Part shown: piece by piece, positions 1-12,189 of the stretch
Numbering within the stretch: the first letter of the stretch is position 1
Layout: every line of letters begins with the position of its first letter
From: Lophium mytilinum
Taxonomy: Eukaryota
NCBI GenBank assembly: GCA_010093605.1
Contig: MU004193.1
Coordinates: forward strand, 689,520-753,519
Direction: 5' to 3'
Length of the DNA: 64,000 nucleotides
The notes under the pieces: generated by a model
What the model was told of the DNA's origin: nothing
Databases searched by the model: none
What the model saw: only the letters and a program-made list of their open reading frames with translations
Position numbers and translations under genes: made by a program

Positions 1-979
1 GTTGTCAAATCCACCCACAACCTCGGCGGGCCGCTTTGGGACCTGACCTTCGAAGGGTGCATTGCCAGCTGCGCCGCCGACTCGGCTTGCGTTGATCTAT
101 CCTACACCAGGTAAACCTTCCTCCCAGCTCTTTGTCGAAGCCAGTTACTGAACTCTAGCCAGCGGAGGGACTTGCTACCTAAAGGCAGGCATAGTCGTAG
201 ACAGCGCCAGTTTCTCCGAGACAGGCACCTGCGACGCCATGCTCATCGGCGACGCCTCTTCTCCCTCCTCTACACCATCCCCCGCAGCATCAACCTGTGC
301 CCCCCTCACCGTCACCGAACCCGCCTCCTTCTGCCCAACCATCCCCGCCATCACCGAAACCGCCTCCTGCGCCACCGCAACCGTCACCTCACCCGTCACC
401 CTCCCTGCCTCGACCGTCACCGAATCCGCCTCCGCCATCACTTCCACCCTCACCGTAACCGCCTCCCCCTCCGCCGCCACAAACATCTGCGCCTCCCCGA
501 CCCCCGCTGTAATCAACCCCTCCTTCACCCCCTCCACCGCCCCCTGGGCCCTCGTCTCCGCCGGCGACAGCACCCTCGAGCGCGTGTCCACCACAGCGGG
601 CAGCGGCAGCGCCCTCCGCGTGCGCATCAACGCCGCCAACGCCAACCTCCCGCAGAGCATCCTGCAAGCGGTCCGGCTGTGCGCGGGGACGACGTACCGC
701 CTCTCCTTCAGCGCGCGGCGCGTGACGACGTCGGGGGTGATTAGCGTGAGTGCGAGTGTTACCCACCCAGGAGCGACAGTAGTGGTGGTGCCAGTGACGG
801 TAGTCGCGAGTTCGACCGGGATGGGGTTTGTGGGGTTGGATGTGGTGGTGCCGGAGGACCGCACCTACCCAGATGGAGTAGTGCCCGCCCTGGTGAGGGT
901 GGTGGTTAGTTTTAGTAGCGGGGCTGGGCAGGCGAAGGAGGTGCAGTTGAGTGAGGTGGCGTTGGTGCCGGTTGTGTAG
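1..979 (+). CDS. 5'-partial gene: PAN/apple-domain protein with Ser/Thr/Pro-rich linker and C-terminal CBM4/galactose-binding-like domain (likely secreted or surface protein); exons <1-110 and 163-979
   Basis: Removing a GT-AG intron at 111-162 joins frame 1 (..FEGCIASCAADSACVDLSYTS) to GGTCYLK.. and into the 239-979 ORF. The CxxxC..C..Y..CYLK pattern is typical of PAN/apple modules. The C-terminal INPSF..PW..ILQAVRLCAGTTYRLSFSARR resembles fungal CBM4/9-like domains. Stop TAG ends at 979. Confidence 0.75.
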
Positions 980-1570
980 ATGGGGGGGTTGAGGGGGTTA
1001 GTGTATGGGTGTAATAAAATCTTGGGTCGACTTCGAGATCAGGGCGTTAGATTTGATTTGCTTGAAGCGGAGAGGGCAAGATGTTACGTGACGTTGAGAA
1101 CGACGGTTCGATGACCACTGAAGCGTGTGACTGAGTAAATTCCGAACACAGAAAGTTATCCCAGCCGATAAACATAGGATAAGGGCTACCTATCCTCTAG
1201 GGTATGTCGCAGCTAGGCATATGTAACAGAGAGACCGTTCGTAAAACCACCAACCGGTATCAGCAGAAGCGAAACAACCATGCATTACACGCCCACACGC
1301 CCCACGCCCGTTCTGTCCGTCCACCATCAATACCCATCCCATCCATCCTTGTCACGCCATGCCATTCGATACCTGACCAAAAGGTTATGCAGCAGGAGTG
1401 TAAAGAATCGAACACGCTCATGAGGAAGAATCAGGAAATCGAGGAAACGGGCTCACAGCCAAAGTGTGCTTCGCTTCGTTCCGCCTGTGTACTTTTACCG
1501 AAACCAGTCCAAGGGAGAAGAAACGCGGAGGAGATAAGAGGGAGAAGAGACTATGCCGAACTGAACGCTC

Positions 1571-3333
1571 TCAAGAGGGCTTGTCGCACCCAATACGCCC
1601 GAGCAACTCCTTCCGGTCGCCGTGACCGGGAATGCTAATGCCGCTCGACCTGTTGCCCCCGCCGCGCCCGGTGCTGCTCCGCTTGTAGTTGAGCACACCG
1701 GGGCTGTTGCGGCGGACGAACGTCAAGGACTCGACCCCAACCTCTTCCTCTAGAGGTACACCTTCCATGGCCATGTTAGCTTTGGCTTTGGACGGCGATG
1801 GGATGGTATGTTTGGGGTCAGAGTATTCTTCAACCTCAATCTCCTCTTCCTCATCGTCGCCTTCGTCGTCGGAGCGCACGTCGTCTGCTGCCTCCCCGTT
1901 GACGACCTTCCATGCGACCTTAACGATCAGGGCAAACCAGAGCAAAGTGATGAGTTGAAGTGCGAACAGGAGTGCCATGAAGCTCCATTCAATATTCGCG
2001 TTCCAGCAAACTGGGCCATGGGGATCGATGTAGGTTTGCAGGATGTTCTTCCAGATTTCGGTCCCTCCATTCTTTTCGTATCCTGCGTCCGAGGGTGCGA
2101 GCATGACTCCGGTGTCAGAGTTATAGCATGCTGCAGGGAGTGAAGTAGGGGTGTGAGCGTAGAGAGACCAGCAAATCGAGAGGTAGAAGCCGTGTCGTGC
2201 AACCACCCAAGTAGCCATAAACAACCCGAAAGCATAATCGCAGATGCTGCTATAGCCAAGGTATTTGAGCATTTTAGCGGCCTTGCTGCGGTGTTAGTAA
2301 AACACCTGAACGCGAGTGCTTAATTGTTTGAGGCTTTGGGACGTACGGAAAGGATAATGTCCACCACATCCATGCAACTCAGAATCACAGTTCCGACCCG
2401 CATCTGGTAGTAGCCGTAGCTCATGAACATGAGAGCAGATGTAATAATGTGATGAGCGAGGTATTGTGCGTAATCCTTCCGGCGCTCCTCGATGTTGACA
2501 ACCAGGATTTGTTGTAACCAAAAGGCGAATTGGACGAGATAATACCACTTGAAAAGGCCGTCCATTTGAGCAATCGGCCAATCAGTCCACATCTCTCTCA
2601 AATTGAACCAATATGAGGAGTTGTACACTATGTACTGTTGTCCGTTAGCATTTTCCTTAAATGGACCAAATGACAGATTGTGTCCTCAAAATTCCTCAGA
2701 GGCAGCAAGAGACGTACCATGCCCATTGGCCATATGACGGAATAGTATACTATTAGCCAGGCCTGTTCGACGAATCTGACTACATCCCGGTGCCGATTGA
2801 TACCCCCAAGTGAGGCTAGTGGGTGAAGTATATAGTCCATGACGCCCGCACGCAGCCCTGTGAAGACGACAATCCAGAAGGCCACGTAGGACAGATCGTC
2901 GATTCCCGAGGTGTACATGCCGCTCTCTTCGTTGTAGTAGGAGAGGTGGAAGAATTTCTGGGTCCGCCATCGTATGCGCGGGAACATGAGGTGGGAGAGG
3001 AAGAGGAGCAGGAGCAGGTTGACAGAGAGGCCTGGGTTTAGTTAGTTTCGCACATATAGACGCCGAAGTAGTCTGCATACCTATCTGGTGCTCGCAGATC
3101 AAAGTAAACATGCTCCCCAGGAGACTTTCGTTCTTGGCCCTTTTCTTTGCCCTCTTCACCATGACCCGGCGCACGCTTCGCCCTGGTATTTTTCCGGGTT
3201 CATGATCGAGGGCCTCACTGAATGGGGCTGGCTGGTCCAATTCGGTGCCATTTTTGGTGTCAGAAGTCCAATTGGGTTCCTGGTAGGTGTTGAAGCCATT
3301 GGCGGGGCGCGGAGCTGCGACTGCTGCTGCCAT
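1571..3333 (-). CDS. LAG1: TLC-domain ceramide synthase (sphingosine N-acyltransferase, Lag1/Lac1 family; motif pattern fits the BarA/Bar1-type clade); exons 3333-3081, 3031-2718, 2634-2347, 2281-1571
   Basis: Four ORF-track fragments join in frame across three GT-AG introns with CTAAC-type branch sites. Lag1p motif RRKDYAQYLAHHIIT..MDVVD, plus RFVEQAW, KWYYLVQFAFW, an acidic DDVRSDDE tail and C-terminal LLGRIGCDKPS. Confidence 0.93.
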
Positions 3334-4035
3334 GGTCGAGGTAGTGGCCTAGCGAGTGGGATGTACTGAAATTAAAGGCGGGCGGACATTGGGAGGAATA
3401 GCGAGTGTGGCAGGAGGAAGTTTGCAGAACGAAGGACGGTTGGTGTCTGCTGTGTTTCCCGGTTTGCGGGGAAGAGGTTGTTTCAAGAATGGGCGGTGTG
3501 CTCCGGGATTTCGAGCTGGTGGTGGGGAATCGCCTTGGAGATCGGTTCGATCCAGGGTCCGCTCACGAAGGAACCGGCGTGCAGGACGAGGTCGTTAGGG
3601 CGGGGCGGAAGAGATGGCAGATATGGTACTATGGACTCGCCGGCGGCGGGAGGAAAGTGTACAACAAAGTGAGGTGGTCTGAGCGACTGTTGAGGTTCTC
3701 TCCTGCGCTGAACACGCAGGAGTAACGAGAGCTCAACGCCACTTCTCCGCCAATCACGGAGCCCGAGCTTGTCACGCTGCATTGCGATTCGCAGACTAGA
3801 GACATCATAATGGGGTACTGTGGTCATAGCATCATGAGCAAATCCGAAACTGGGGATCTCGTCCGTCGAAGGACAGCAATATTTCAATATCATACAAGCA
3901 CAACGCGCACCAAGCGGTCGCCGAACGCAGTAACACTAGAAAAGCCCCATTCCAACGCGCCAGCTCAAATTAAGCCAATGAACCCTTCCCAAGAATGCAG
4001 ACCCTCATCGAACTCCAGCTGTCAAATCTCTGCGC

Positions 4036-4918
4036 CTAGTTGTTGTTCTGCGAGTTGAGTATGCGCAGGATGGCGAGGAACAGGTTGATGACGTCGAGGT
4101 AGAGCGAGATGGCGGCGGCAATCTCCTCCTCGACGTGGTAATGGCGCATAATCAGCTGCGTGTCCACGAGAATGTAGGCGCTGAAGATGAGCGCCGATAT
4201 GATTCCGTAGCCAAGTTCGACCTTGCTGTTGTACGGGAACCACATGGCCATGAAGCCGAACAGGATCAGGACCCAGAGCGCGCCGAAGAGGTACGGCATC
4301 CAGTTTGTGAAGTCATACTTGGTCTGGCAAGCAAACAAACTCAGAGCAACGAATATCCCGAGGGTGAATATGAGCGCTTCGAGCACTATAATAGTGTCTG
4401 TGAAGGAAACGATGACTGAGACCGAGTATGCCTCCATCATCGTGAAGCCGCCGAGGAAGAGTAGGTTGGTGGGGTATGACTTGCGCTTCCAGAATGTGAG
4501 GCCCATGAAAACGATCGCACCGACGAGCGACACCCACATCATCCACGGTGTCGACTGGATCCATTGCTTGTATCCCTTGTTGAAGTACGAAACGGAGCTG
4601 ACGGCGGCCGTGGCAAGCAATTGGACGGTCCTAGAAGACATGTTAGTGCTATTCTCAGAAGCCCCCCAGTATGAGTACTCACAGGATGGCGTAGACCTTG
4701 CGAATAAAGGCCATGCGGATATCGAGAGTCGCCTCTGAGACGACCCCACCGAACTTGAAGTCATCGGGGATGTTGTCGTCCTCGCCGCGGGGGACTCCTC
4801 CCAGTAAGGCTGCTTGGGTAGAGGCCTCCGCATCGTACGAGGGTGGCGCCTGGGAGTACCCAGGCTCCTCGAAAGAGTCGCGCTGGGGAGCGGGTTGGTA
4901 CTTGGTGTTTCCGGCCAT
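4036..4918 (-). CDS. BXI1: Bax inhibitor-1/TMBIM (Lifeguard-like) family membrane protein; exons 4918-4683 and 4630-4036
   Basis: N-terminal PPSY and IRMAFIRKVYAIL splice via intron 4682-4631 to TVQLL. Multiple hydrophobic helices, SYPTNL, QTKYDFT and the C-terminal DTQLIM..EEEIAAAISLYLDVINLFLAILRIL signature. Confidence 0.93.
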
Positions 4919-5402
4919 GGCGAGATCTTGCAGGTATAGCGATCGATGGCAGAGAGTTGTATGTAGGTGGCAGGTTGATGGAGGGAGGCGGCGAAGTGGA
5001 GTTGCCCGTGGAGTGGCTTAGTCGTCATTTAGGCGGGAGAACCTGCGCGTGTCCCGCGTCATTCACCTTTCCTTCACCTCTTACCCCAAACATCAAACTC
5101 GTCCCATCTCATATTCATTTCGGAGCAGGCAAACCACCTATTGCGAAGCTGTAAGAGAAAGCAAAAGCTTGTTATCTGCCGCTTCCAAGGGATATAAAAG
5201 ACGTCCTAGGTTTCCACGCAAATTCTTCCATCGCAAGAGTCTGTGCACTCCAACTTTCTAGACCTTTCTTCGCTTCATTCAAGCTCAAATAGAACTCTCT
5301 TTCGAATTGAACTTTATTTACTACTTCGCCATGGAGTTACTGTATCTGAAGTGGGGTGTCATTGCATTTGTCTTTTGAAACTTTTGTCAACTCTTGCAAC
5401 TA

Positions 5403-5679
5403 CGGAGGTGCTCATCAAAAGTTCTTGCCGCGCTAGTGAGACCCCTGTTACGCGAAGACGCTAAGATAGCCGGAAAGGTATCTTTCCTTGAGGATAAAGC
5501 TGCCTCTAATGGCTCATATTCTTCAAAATTTAGCAAGCCGTATTCTGTAGTGCCTAAGAGTATGCCGAGCTGGTTTAAAGGGTATTACGTGGATATTGAA
5601 TCCTGTAAAGTTTTGATGTTCCTGTCGATTGCAGGGGTGAGCTCACTAGCGCGGCAAGAACTTTTGATGAGCACCTCCG
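5403..5679. mobile_element. MITE (Tc1/mariner-like non-autonomous element), 277 bp, 38-bp perfect TIRs, TA target-site duplication
   Basis: 5401-5440 TACGGAGGTGCTCATCAAAAGTTCTTGCCGCGCTAGTGAG is the exact reverse complement of 5642-5681. The outer TA dinucleotides (5401-5402, 5680-5681) are read as the TSD. The match continues inward (ACCCCTG) after a 3-nt gap. No credible coding capacity. Confidence 0.85.
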
Positions 5680-5704
5680 TATGTTGCCTTCACATGTCTA
5701 GGAA

Positions 5705-6733
5705 CTAAAGTGCTTTGCAAACTTTCAGAGCCTGGCCTCGCACTTGCTCGACGATATCAGCAGCATCCATCACCTCTGTCACAAGGCCAACCCCGGATCC
5801 CGCCCAAATTGCGACTCTTGCTTTCTCTCCATAGCCTTCATCCTCTCTCGCGACAGCTTCAGCATGCAATTTCCTGATCTCTTCTATTCCCACTCCCTTC
5901 ACATGATCCGTGTAGCTTTCTGTAACAATACTCCTCCCGTCGTACGCCACCGGCCAGGCGTTGGGACCCTTCAACTCGTCAAAGACCTTCGACCGCACCG
6001 TGCTCTGGCTGCCATCTTTTGCCTTCAAGAGAGCCGCCAGGTATTTGGGCGGTACGGTGGTTTCCTTTGCCGCTAAAAATCTCGTGCCCATCACAACGCC
6101 CTTGGCACCGAGCGCCAGCGCTGCAGCAACTCCACGACCATCGGCAATACCACCAGCCGCCACGAGTGGTATGTGCCCAAACCCCGCCTTCTCCAATGCG
6201 TCTACCGCCTCCGGAAGCAATGAGATGATTCCAGCACTCTTCTCAAATCCATGGCCTCCGGCGTCCGCCCCTTGCATCACGAGCACGTCTGACGCAGACG
6301 ACTTCGCAATGTGCAAGGCTGACGCCACGCTTCCACACTGGATCCAGATTTTCGAAGCTGGACTCACGCCTCTTACTGCCTTCGCCCAAATGGCGTAATC
6401 ATCAAATTCTACCGCGGCAAACAGCCACACGACTGCAGGCTTAAATTCTTCGACTATCGGGATCGCTGCGTTGAGTTTCTGGGCGAATAGCATGAAGCCG
6501 ATGCCGACCGGAAGAGTGCCGTTGGACTGTGAGATGCTTCCTTGTGGTAGTAATTTTGAAGCTTTGGTAAGGTTTTTTTTGTAGTCATTCATGTCGAACA
6601 TTGTGCCGATCATTCCCAGACCACCGGCTTTCGTGACTGCAGCTGCGAGGTCTCCACCGGCTACATTAGCCATGGGCCCGTTGACGATGAGAGGCAATTT
6701 TGCCCATGGTAAGCTTGATCGGAGCGCTGCCAT
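5705..6733 (-). CDS. Nitronate monooxygenase / 2-nitropropane dioxygenase family FMN-dependent oxidoreductase (342 aa, intronless)
   Basis: Family motifs PLIVNGPM..LAAAVTKAGGLG, IQCGSV, VMQGADAGGHG, PLVAAGGIADGRGVAAALALGAKGVVMGTRFL, WAGSGVGLV. Confidence 0.93.
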   Translation of the reverse strand: MAALRSSLPWAKLPLIVNGPMANVAGGDLAAAVTKAGGLGMIGTMFDMNDYKKNLTKASKLLPQGSISQSNGTLPVGIGFMLFAQKLNAAIPIVEEFKPAVVWLFAAVEFDDYAIWAKAVRGVSPASKIWIQCGSVASALHIAKSSASDVLVMQGADAGGHGFEKSAGIISLLPEAVDALEKAGFGHIPLVAAGGIADGRGVAAALALGAKGVVMGTRFLAAKETTVPPKYLAALLKAKDGSQSTVRSKVFDELKGPNAWPVAYDGRSIVTESYTDHVKGVGIEEIRKLHAEAVAREDEGYGEKARVAIWAGSGVGLVTEVMDAADIVEQVRGQALKVCKAL

Positions 6734-6989
6734 GATTTTCAGTTTTGTAGTTTTTGATGCTGACTTTTGCGTGGCTCAGAAGTAGGAAATATTGTGTGGA
6801 GTCTTCCAAAAGCATCTGAGAGGTTGGATTATAGTAAGTCGTCAGCACAAAGAAGGACGTAAGCCCTGCTGATATATATAGTAGGAGAGTTGTTTAAGTA
6901 CCGTTTGTAAGCAAGGTTTTATTTAACGTCTCCGCGGAACTTGCCGAAGCCAGTTAGCTAAGGTAGCAGTAAAGTTAAAAATTTATAGA

Positions 6990-7450
6990 ACCAGCAGTCG
7001 CCTAAAGCTAAAGGGTGTATTATACTAGGAAAGATAGTAGCGTAGACCGTGCTTTTTATTATTTTTATAATATCTTAGAACTTTAACTAATTTATACCCT
7101 TTAAATTTTAGTTCTACTTTCTTAGATTTTTTACAATCTAGTTTTAAGCAGTACTAGGGTTCTATATAGTAATAGTTATAGCTTCTCTACTTTTTTAGGT
7201 TAATAAATCCCTCTCTATACTTTTGCTATAAGTGTCGGCATAAAGGCTTCTAATAATAGTAAGGCGGTTTATTCTTAGAGCCTAGTAGCTTTTCTATGCG
7301 CTAATAGTACTAATTAGTTGCTTAATTAAATTTATTACCCTAGATAACCTAGTTTAGTTTAGGGTATTTCTCTTAGATTAAATTAAAGAGGTCTTTAGCC
7401 TCTTTAATATAGTAGTAAAGGTTTAAAGTTAGAGTCCTATAAGAAAGCTA
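6990..7450 (-). pseudogene. RIP-destroyed tandem C2H2 zinc-finger gene (3' part), adjacent to the compartment boundary
   Basis: One minus-strand frame reads ..PPYYY*KPLCRHL*QKYREGFINLKK*RSYNYYYIEP*YCLKLDCKKSKKVELKFKGYKLVKVLRYYKNNKKHG. Reversing transitions gives PPYCCxEPSC..GF..KEWRSH..H.EPWYCxxPDC..F.GY..VLRRHxxxxKH, i.e. two C2H2 fingers. Confidence 0.55.
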
Positions 7451-7729
7451 TATATCTAATAGTTCTTTTCTATTATCCGCCTATAATAGAGTTAGCTATT
7501 CTAGCGTAGGTTTAGTAGCTACTTTAAGATTTTTCCCGGATTTAAATATAGTAAGTAGAACTTTAATTACTTTATTAGTTAAGCTAGTATATATTAGTAT
7601 TAGTATATATATAATTTAGAAAGATTTCTTATATAAATTCTAGCAGGTTATAAATAAGGGAGCTTTCTTAATATTAATTATATAAGGTTGCTTATATCTA
7701 GCTCTTATACTATTTAGCTATCTATGCTT

Positions 7730-9470
7730 TTACTATAATATAAAGAGTTATAGAGCGCTTCCCCTATAAACCCGGTTTAGGCGGGCCTTAATACTAGTAA
7801 TATTTATCTAGATAATAAGTTAATAAGTATATAGGTAGATAAGAAGATAGATAAGGAGATAGATAAGAAGATAGATAAGGTAAAGAAAAAGTATATTATA
7901 CTTAGAAAGTATAGGAAACTTATAAGCCCTTTTCTTAGAATTCTTATATATAAAGTTGTTAAGCGCTACTATAAGTAGCGCAACTTTAGAAACCTTAAAC
8001 TAGCAGGTATTTTATTTTAGCTAGATGTATATAGTTATTAGCTATTTATCTTAACTAAATAGTTACCTTTAAGTATCTTTATAGTTAAGTATTTAGTTCT
8101 CTATAGAATTCTATATAGAGAGTAATATCTCTATATATATATTACTAAATTTCTACTAGAGTTTATAAAGTATATTCTAGATAAAAGGGGGATATTATAG
8201 TAGAGACTTCTTTTCTAGCTGCTTTCTAAATTTCTTCTTACGCTAATCTATCTACTATTCTATATTAATATTATACTCCTTTTTAGTTTTATAAGACTTA
8301 TACTTATCTCTAGCGCTAGTATAATCTTTCTTCGCCTTTCTATAGGCCCTATAGGGTAAATAGTAAGAAGATATTCTAAAAGACTTATAGAGTGGGAAGA
8401 GTAGATATTAAAATTTTAGAGCTAGGTTAAGTCTATAAGAATAGGTAAATTATAAAAGAAGCTATAGAATAGATAGGAAAGAGGTTTTAGAAAGAAAGCT
8501 TAACTTATATATAGTACTTAGACTCTAATTTATTAAATACTAATAGTATTATCTAGTAGAAAGAATATATAAACTACTAGGCGTAAATATAGTTTAAAGC
8601 TTCTAGATCTACCCCTATTAAATATATATAGCGCGCCTAATTTAAATTATTTACTAGATATATATAGGAGATTTATATTCTAGAAAGGTATACTACTCTA
8701 CGCAGTAGAGTTTAAGAATAATACTATAAAGCGGGATTTTAAGGGGAATATTAAGCTAACATAGTCTAATAAGTATATTTTATTTTAGGCTATACCTATT
8801 AGACTAGTAGAGACGTTTAATAGCAACGCTTTAAAGTAGAGATAGAGATTAAACTAGTAATAAGGTAAATTTTAACTAAATACTAAAGAGATTGCCTAGT
8901 TAAGACTAAACTTTTCTAAAAATATAAACTTTTCTAGTATATCTAGAGTAGAAAATATCTTCTAAGTACTATTATAATATTACTATATACCGCCTACCCT
9001 TAAGTCCTATAATAGAGGGGACCGTAATTATAGATAGATATTACTATAGCCCTCCTATAACTACTATAGCTACGGCCACCTCTATTATAGAATAAGGAGC
9101 TATAGGCCGTGTATATAATATATTAGATAATAATAATAGAGAGAAGAGGTCTAGAGAAAGGTAAGGCTATATATAAGAGGTAATATATGCCTACTATAGC
9201 TCTTACTACTACTCTCTAATAACCTTACTTATCTAAGTCTTTATAAGTGCTATACTACTAAGCCTAGCTACTCTAATTAATAATAATCTAGATAACTACT
9301 AGAATACTATTACTATCTCCCTTTAAGCTGCTATCTAATAAAATATTAAAAGCGCTAGCGGTAGAACTTCTATCTAGACCGTATTACAGCTAATATAGTA
9401 GGGGGCCTTAATAAACCCCTAATTATATTATACTTAAAGCACCTTATAAATAGTTATCTAGTACCTTTAA
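7730..9470 (+). pseudogene. RIPped ORF relic of unknown product, with N-terminal (DEEM)n acidic repeat and a Cys-rich patch near 9060-9180
   Basis: GATAAGAAGATA-type 12-mer x3 at about 7838-7880 de-RIPs to DEEMDEEMDEEMDE. A long frame follows, broken only by TAA/TAG. CCG TGT ATA TAA TAT near 9107 de-RIPs to PCxxC. Confidence 0.4.
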
Positions 9471-9479
9471 ATATTAAAG

Positions 9480-11000
9480 CTTTTATCTTTAAGTCTCTTA
9501 TCTTCTATTCTATTTTCCTTTCTTTTTACTTTCTTCTCTATAGCACTACTTAACTGTAGATTATCTAGATATACTAACTTATAGTAGAGAAGGTCTATAA
9601 AGAGCTTATATACTAAGTAGTTATATAGGCTATTAGAATATAGAATATAATACCGGCCCCTATTAACTCTAGGTTTAAGAAATTAGTTAGATATAGGTAA
9701 AAGTAAGTCTACTTTTATCTCTAGCTTCTAGAATTTCTTCTTATAAACAGGTTAAAAGTTTTTCTACTCTATCTAATTTTACTTCTCTTCTACTTGGGTT
9801 TTTTCTAATAGGAGGAAAAGTAGGGCCCGCGGCTAAGGGGCCTATCTAGAATAAAATAATAAGTTCTAAAGCTAACTAATATAAATAAAGCTGGGCGCTA
9901 ACTCTCTATTCTTTCTTACTAGTTTGCGGAAAGCCTAGTAAAGATTTTAGCTAGCCCTAGTAGTAAAAGCGCTACTAGTAGAAAAGGGGCAATAGAAAAA
10001 CTATATAACGCAGTAATTTTTATTAACGTAAGTGCAACTTACTAATAACACTAGAAGTTTCTTCTAGGTATTATACTAAGCCTTATTATTATCGCTCTAA
10101 TTATATTATATAATAATAGTGTCGCCCTATAGATAGAATTAGAAGTTACCTAGAAAGAAATATATATCTTAGCCTCTCTTTTAGTACTTATTATTAAAAG
10201 AGTAGAATAATAACCTGCCTAATAAATATATCTATGCTTTACTATTATTATTACTATTATTAATATTGTTGTTATTAGCGGCCTTGTTGTCGCTGCAGTC
10301 TTTATTAGTGGGCCCGTCGTCCTTATTAATAGTGGGTTTAACCTTTTCTTCTATCCCGGCTATCTTAGAATAAACCTTCTTAGAATAAATATTTAAAGAT
10401 AGCCTAGCCCCTTTCTATACCTTAATAAAGTAGTCTATTATATATATACTATAGTCTATAATAAACTTATAAAGCTTTTTAATTTTACTTCTATAATTCT
10501 TAGAGTTATAGTTAAGCTTAAGTAGATACTTAGATAGTACTTTATTAGTGTAGATTATTCTAGACTTCTAGAAGGAACCCTTTAAGATATTTTTCTACTA
10601 ATTTTTATATTAGCTAAAGAGAACTATAATATTATTATACTACACTAGTAAGTAATGCCAGGTTATAAACTTATTAAACTAGGCCTAGCGTATAACTAAT
10701 CTTGCTTCTATTAATACCTTATATTTAATAGGTAAACAACGCTCTCTTAACTATAGATAAAAGTTGCTATAGAGCAGCGCAGTAGAAATTAGTACTAGTC
10801 TAAGTTTTAATTCTATAGAATTCTAAGTAAGAAACTTCTATAGCTATATAATTGCTGCTTCTAAATCCCGGTACTTCTTTATAACTTTTAGAGGTTCTTA
10901 CGGATCTTAAGGCTAAATATGCTAGTATTCTAATTTAACCTAGGTACTTAGATTATAATAACGCGGTAAATATTCTATCTTTATAGATTGTATAATACTA
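9480..11000 (-). pseudogene. RIPped ORF relic of unknown product with an Asp/Glu-rich tract
   Basis: Minus strand at about 10240-10340 reads AAT AAG GAC GAC GGG CCC ACT AAT AAA GAC TGC AGC GAC AAC.., de-RIP DEDDGPTDEDCSDNEAADDDD. A second acidic or charged end lies near 9480-9540. Limits are approximate. Confidence 0.35.
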
Positions 11001-12189
11001 GACATTATATTAAGAAGATATTCCTCTTCTACTATAAATAGTATAAGTAGCGGTAGAATATTACTATATTTATTATACTTACGCTAATAAATATATCTAG
11101 GATTACTACGTACTATATTAGGTATTTTTTATATAATATCTATAGGGATAATATAGTAGTATTATAGGCGCAATAGTAGATTAAGAATAAAAAAGTTAAT
11201 TAGCTTTTCTATCTTGAAATTATAGACCCGGCGGCCTATTTTATTTTATATAGTTAGATAGATCTAGAACTTCTTCTAAATGCTACTCTTAATATCTATA
11301 GTAAATATATATTTTCTCTACTCTAAGAGTTAAGAAGTATATGCCTAATCTTATAGCTTTAGTAGCGTATTTAATATTATTAGCCTATCTATAGTAGAGG
11401 ACTTAGGGGCTATATAGATTTTAAATTAGGTCTAAGAGATTTAAAATTAAATTTAAGAATACTTACACCTAAAAGGGATCTAATTAAGTTTAACTATTAG
11501 GTTAATCTTTCTCTATATTTCTTCTAGTTTCCTAGAGTTACGCTTCTTACTCTTCTAGCTATATACTATAGCACGGGACGTATTCTAGCTAGATATTAAA
11601 AGGGCTTTGCTTCCTATTCTAGGTTTACTATTCCCGTTATTTATCTCTAGTAGAGCTGGAAGGTGTTCCTAATACGCTTTTAATTAAGAAATCTTAGCGA
11701 TTTAATTTTCTAGTATATTAAACGCTATTAGTTTAACTGCAAGCCCTATTAAGCCGCTCTAGGTAGTAGACTCGTTAGCTATTACTAACTAGCCTAAACT
11801 ATGCGATAGAAGATTTAGATAATTTTACGCTAGGTATAGAACTACTCTAGTACTATAGGTATAAGTGCTAGATATAAGATAGTAGAGATTAGTTAGATAT
11901 AATATATAAGGAAAGCTTTAAAGAGGTAATTTACCGGCGGCGCGCAGGAAAGCGTTAAAGGATTAATTTACTAAGTAGTAGAAGGTGTAAGAATAGTAAG
12001 AAATTATACTAATAGTATTAGAATATTTATACTAAGGTTTTATAGGTAATATAGCTATCTAGCGCGCCGTTTACTAGATATTGCCTATGCCTTCTTTTCC
12101 CTATTAGCATTATTAATTACGTTCTAGATTTTACTAATATTCTACTCTATTCTTCTTTAAGTATATAACGTCCCTTACTTTTCCTATAA

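Noticed and set aside
172..864. ORFs 172-744(+), 175-864(-) and 389-766(-)
   Set aside because: Alternative-frame or antisense shadows of the GC-rich gene ending at 979; low-complexity translations.
4036..5028. 330-aa single-exon version of the Bax inhibitor ORF
   Set aside because: It reads through the 4682-4631 intron from a wrong upstream frame. The spliced model from ATG 4918 restores the conserved IRMAFIRKVYAILTVQL.
1204..5708. Many short ORFs overlapping or between the ceramide synthase, BXI1 and MITE (e.g. 1204-1638, 3483-3893, 4223-4738, 5394-5708)
   Set aside because: Antisense or off-frame to well-supported genes, or lying in UTR/MITE sequence; no recognisable motifs.
5705..5720. 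C-terminal CKAL of the monooxygenase as a CaaX or PTS1 signal
   Set aside because: Poor fit to either consensus and no supporting context.
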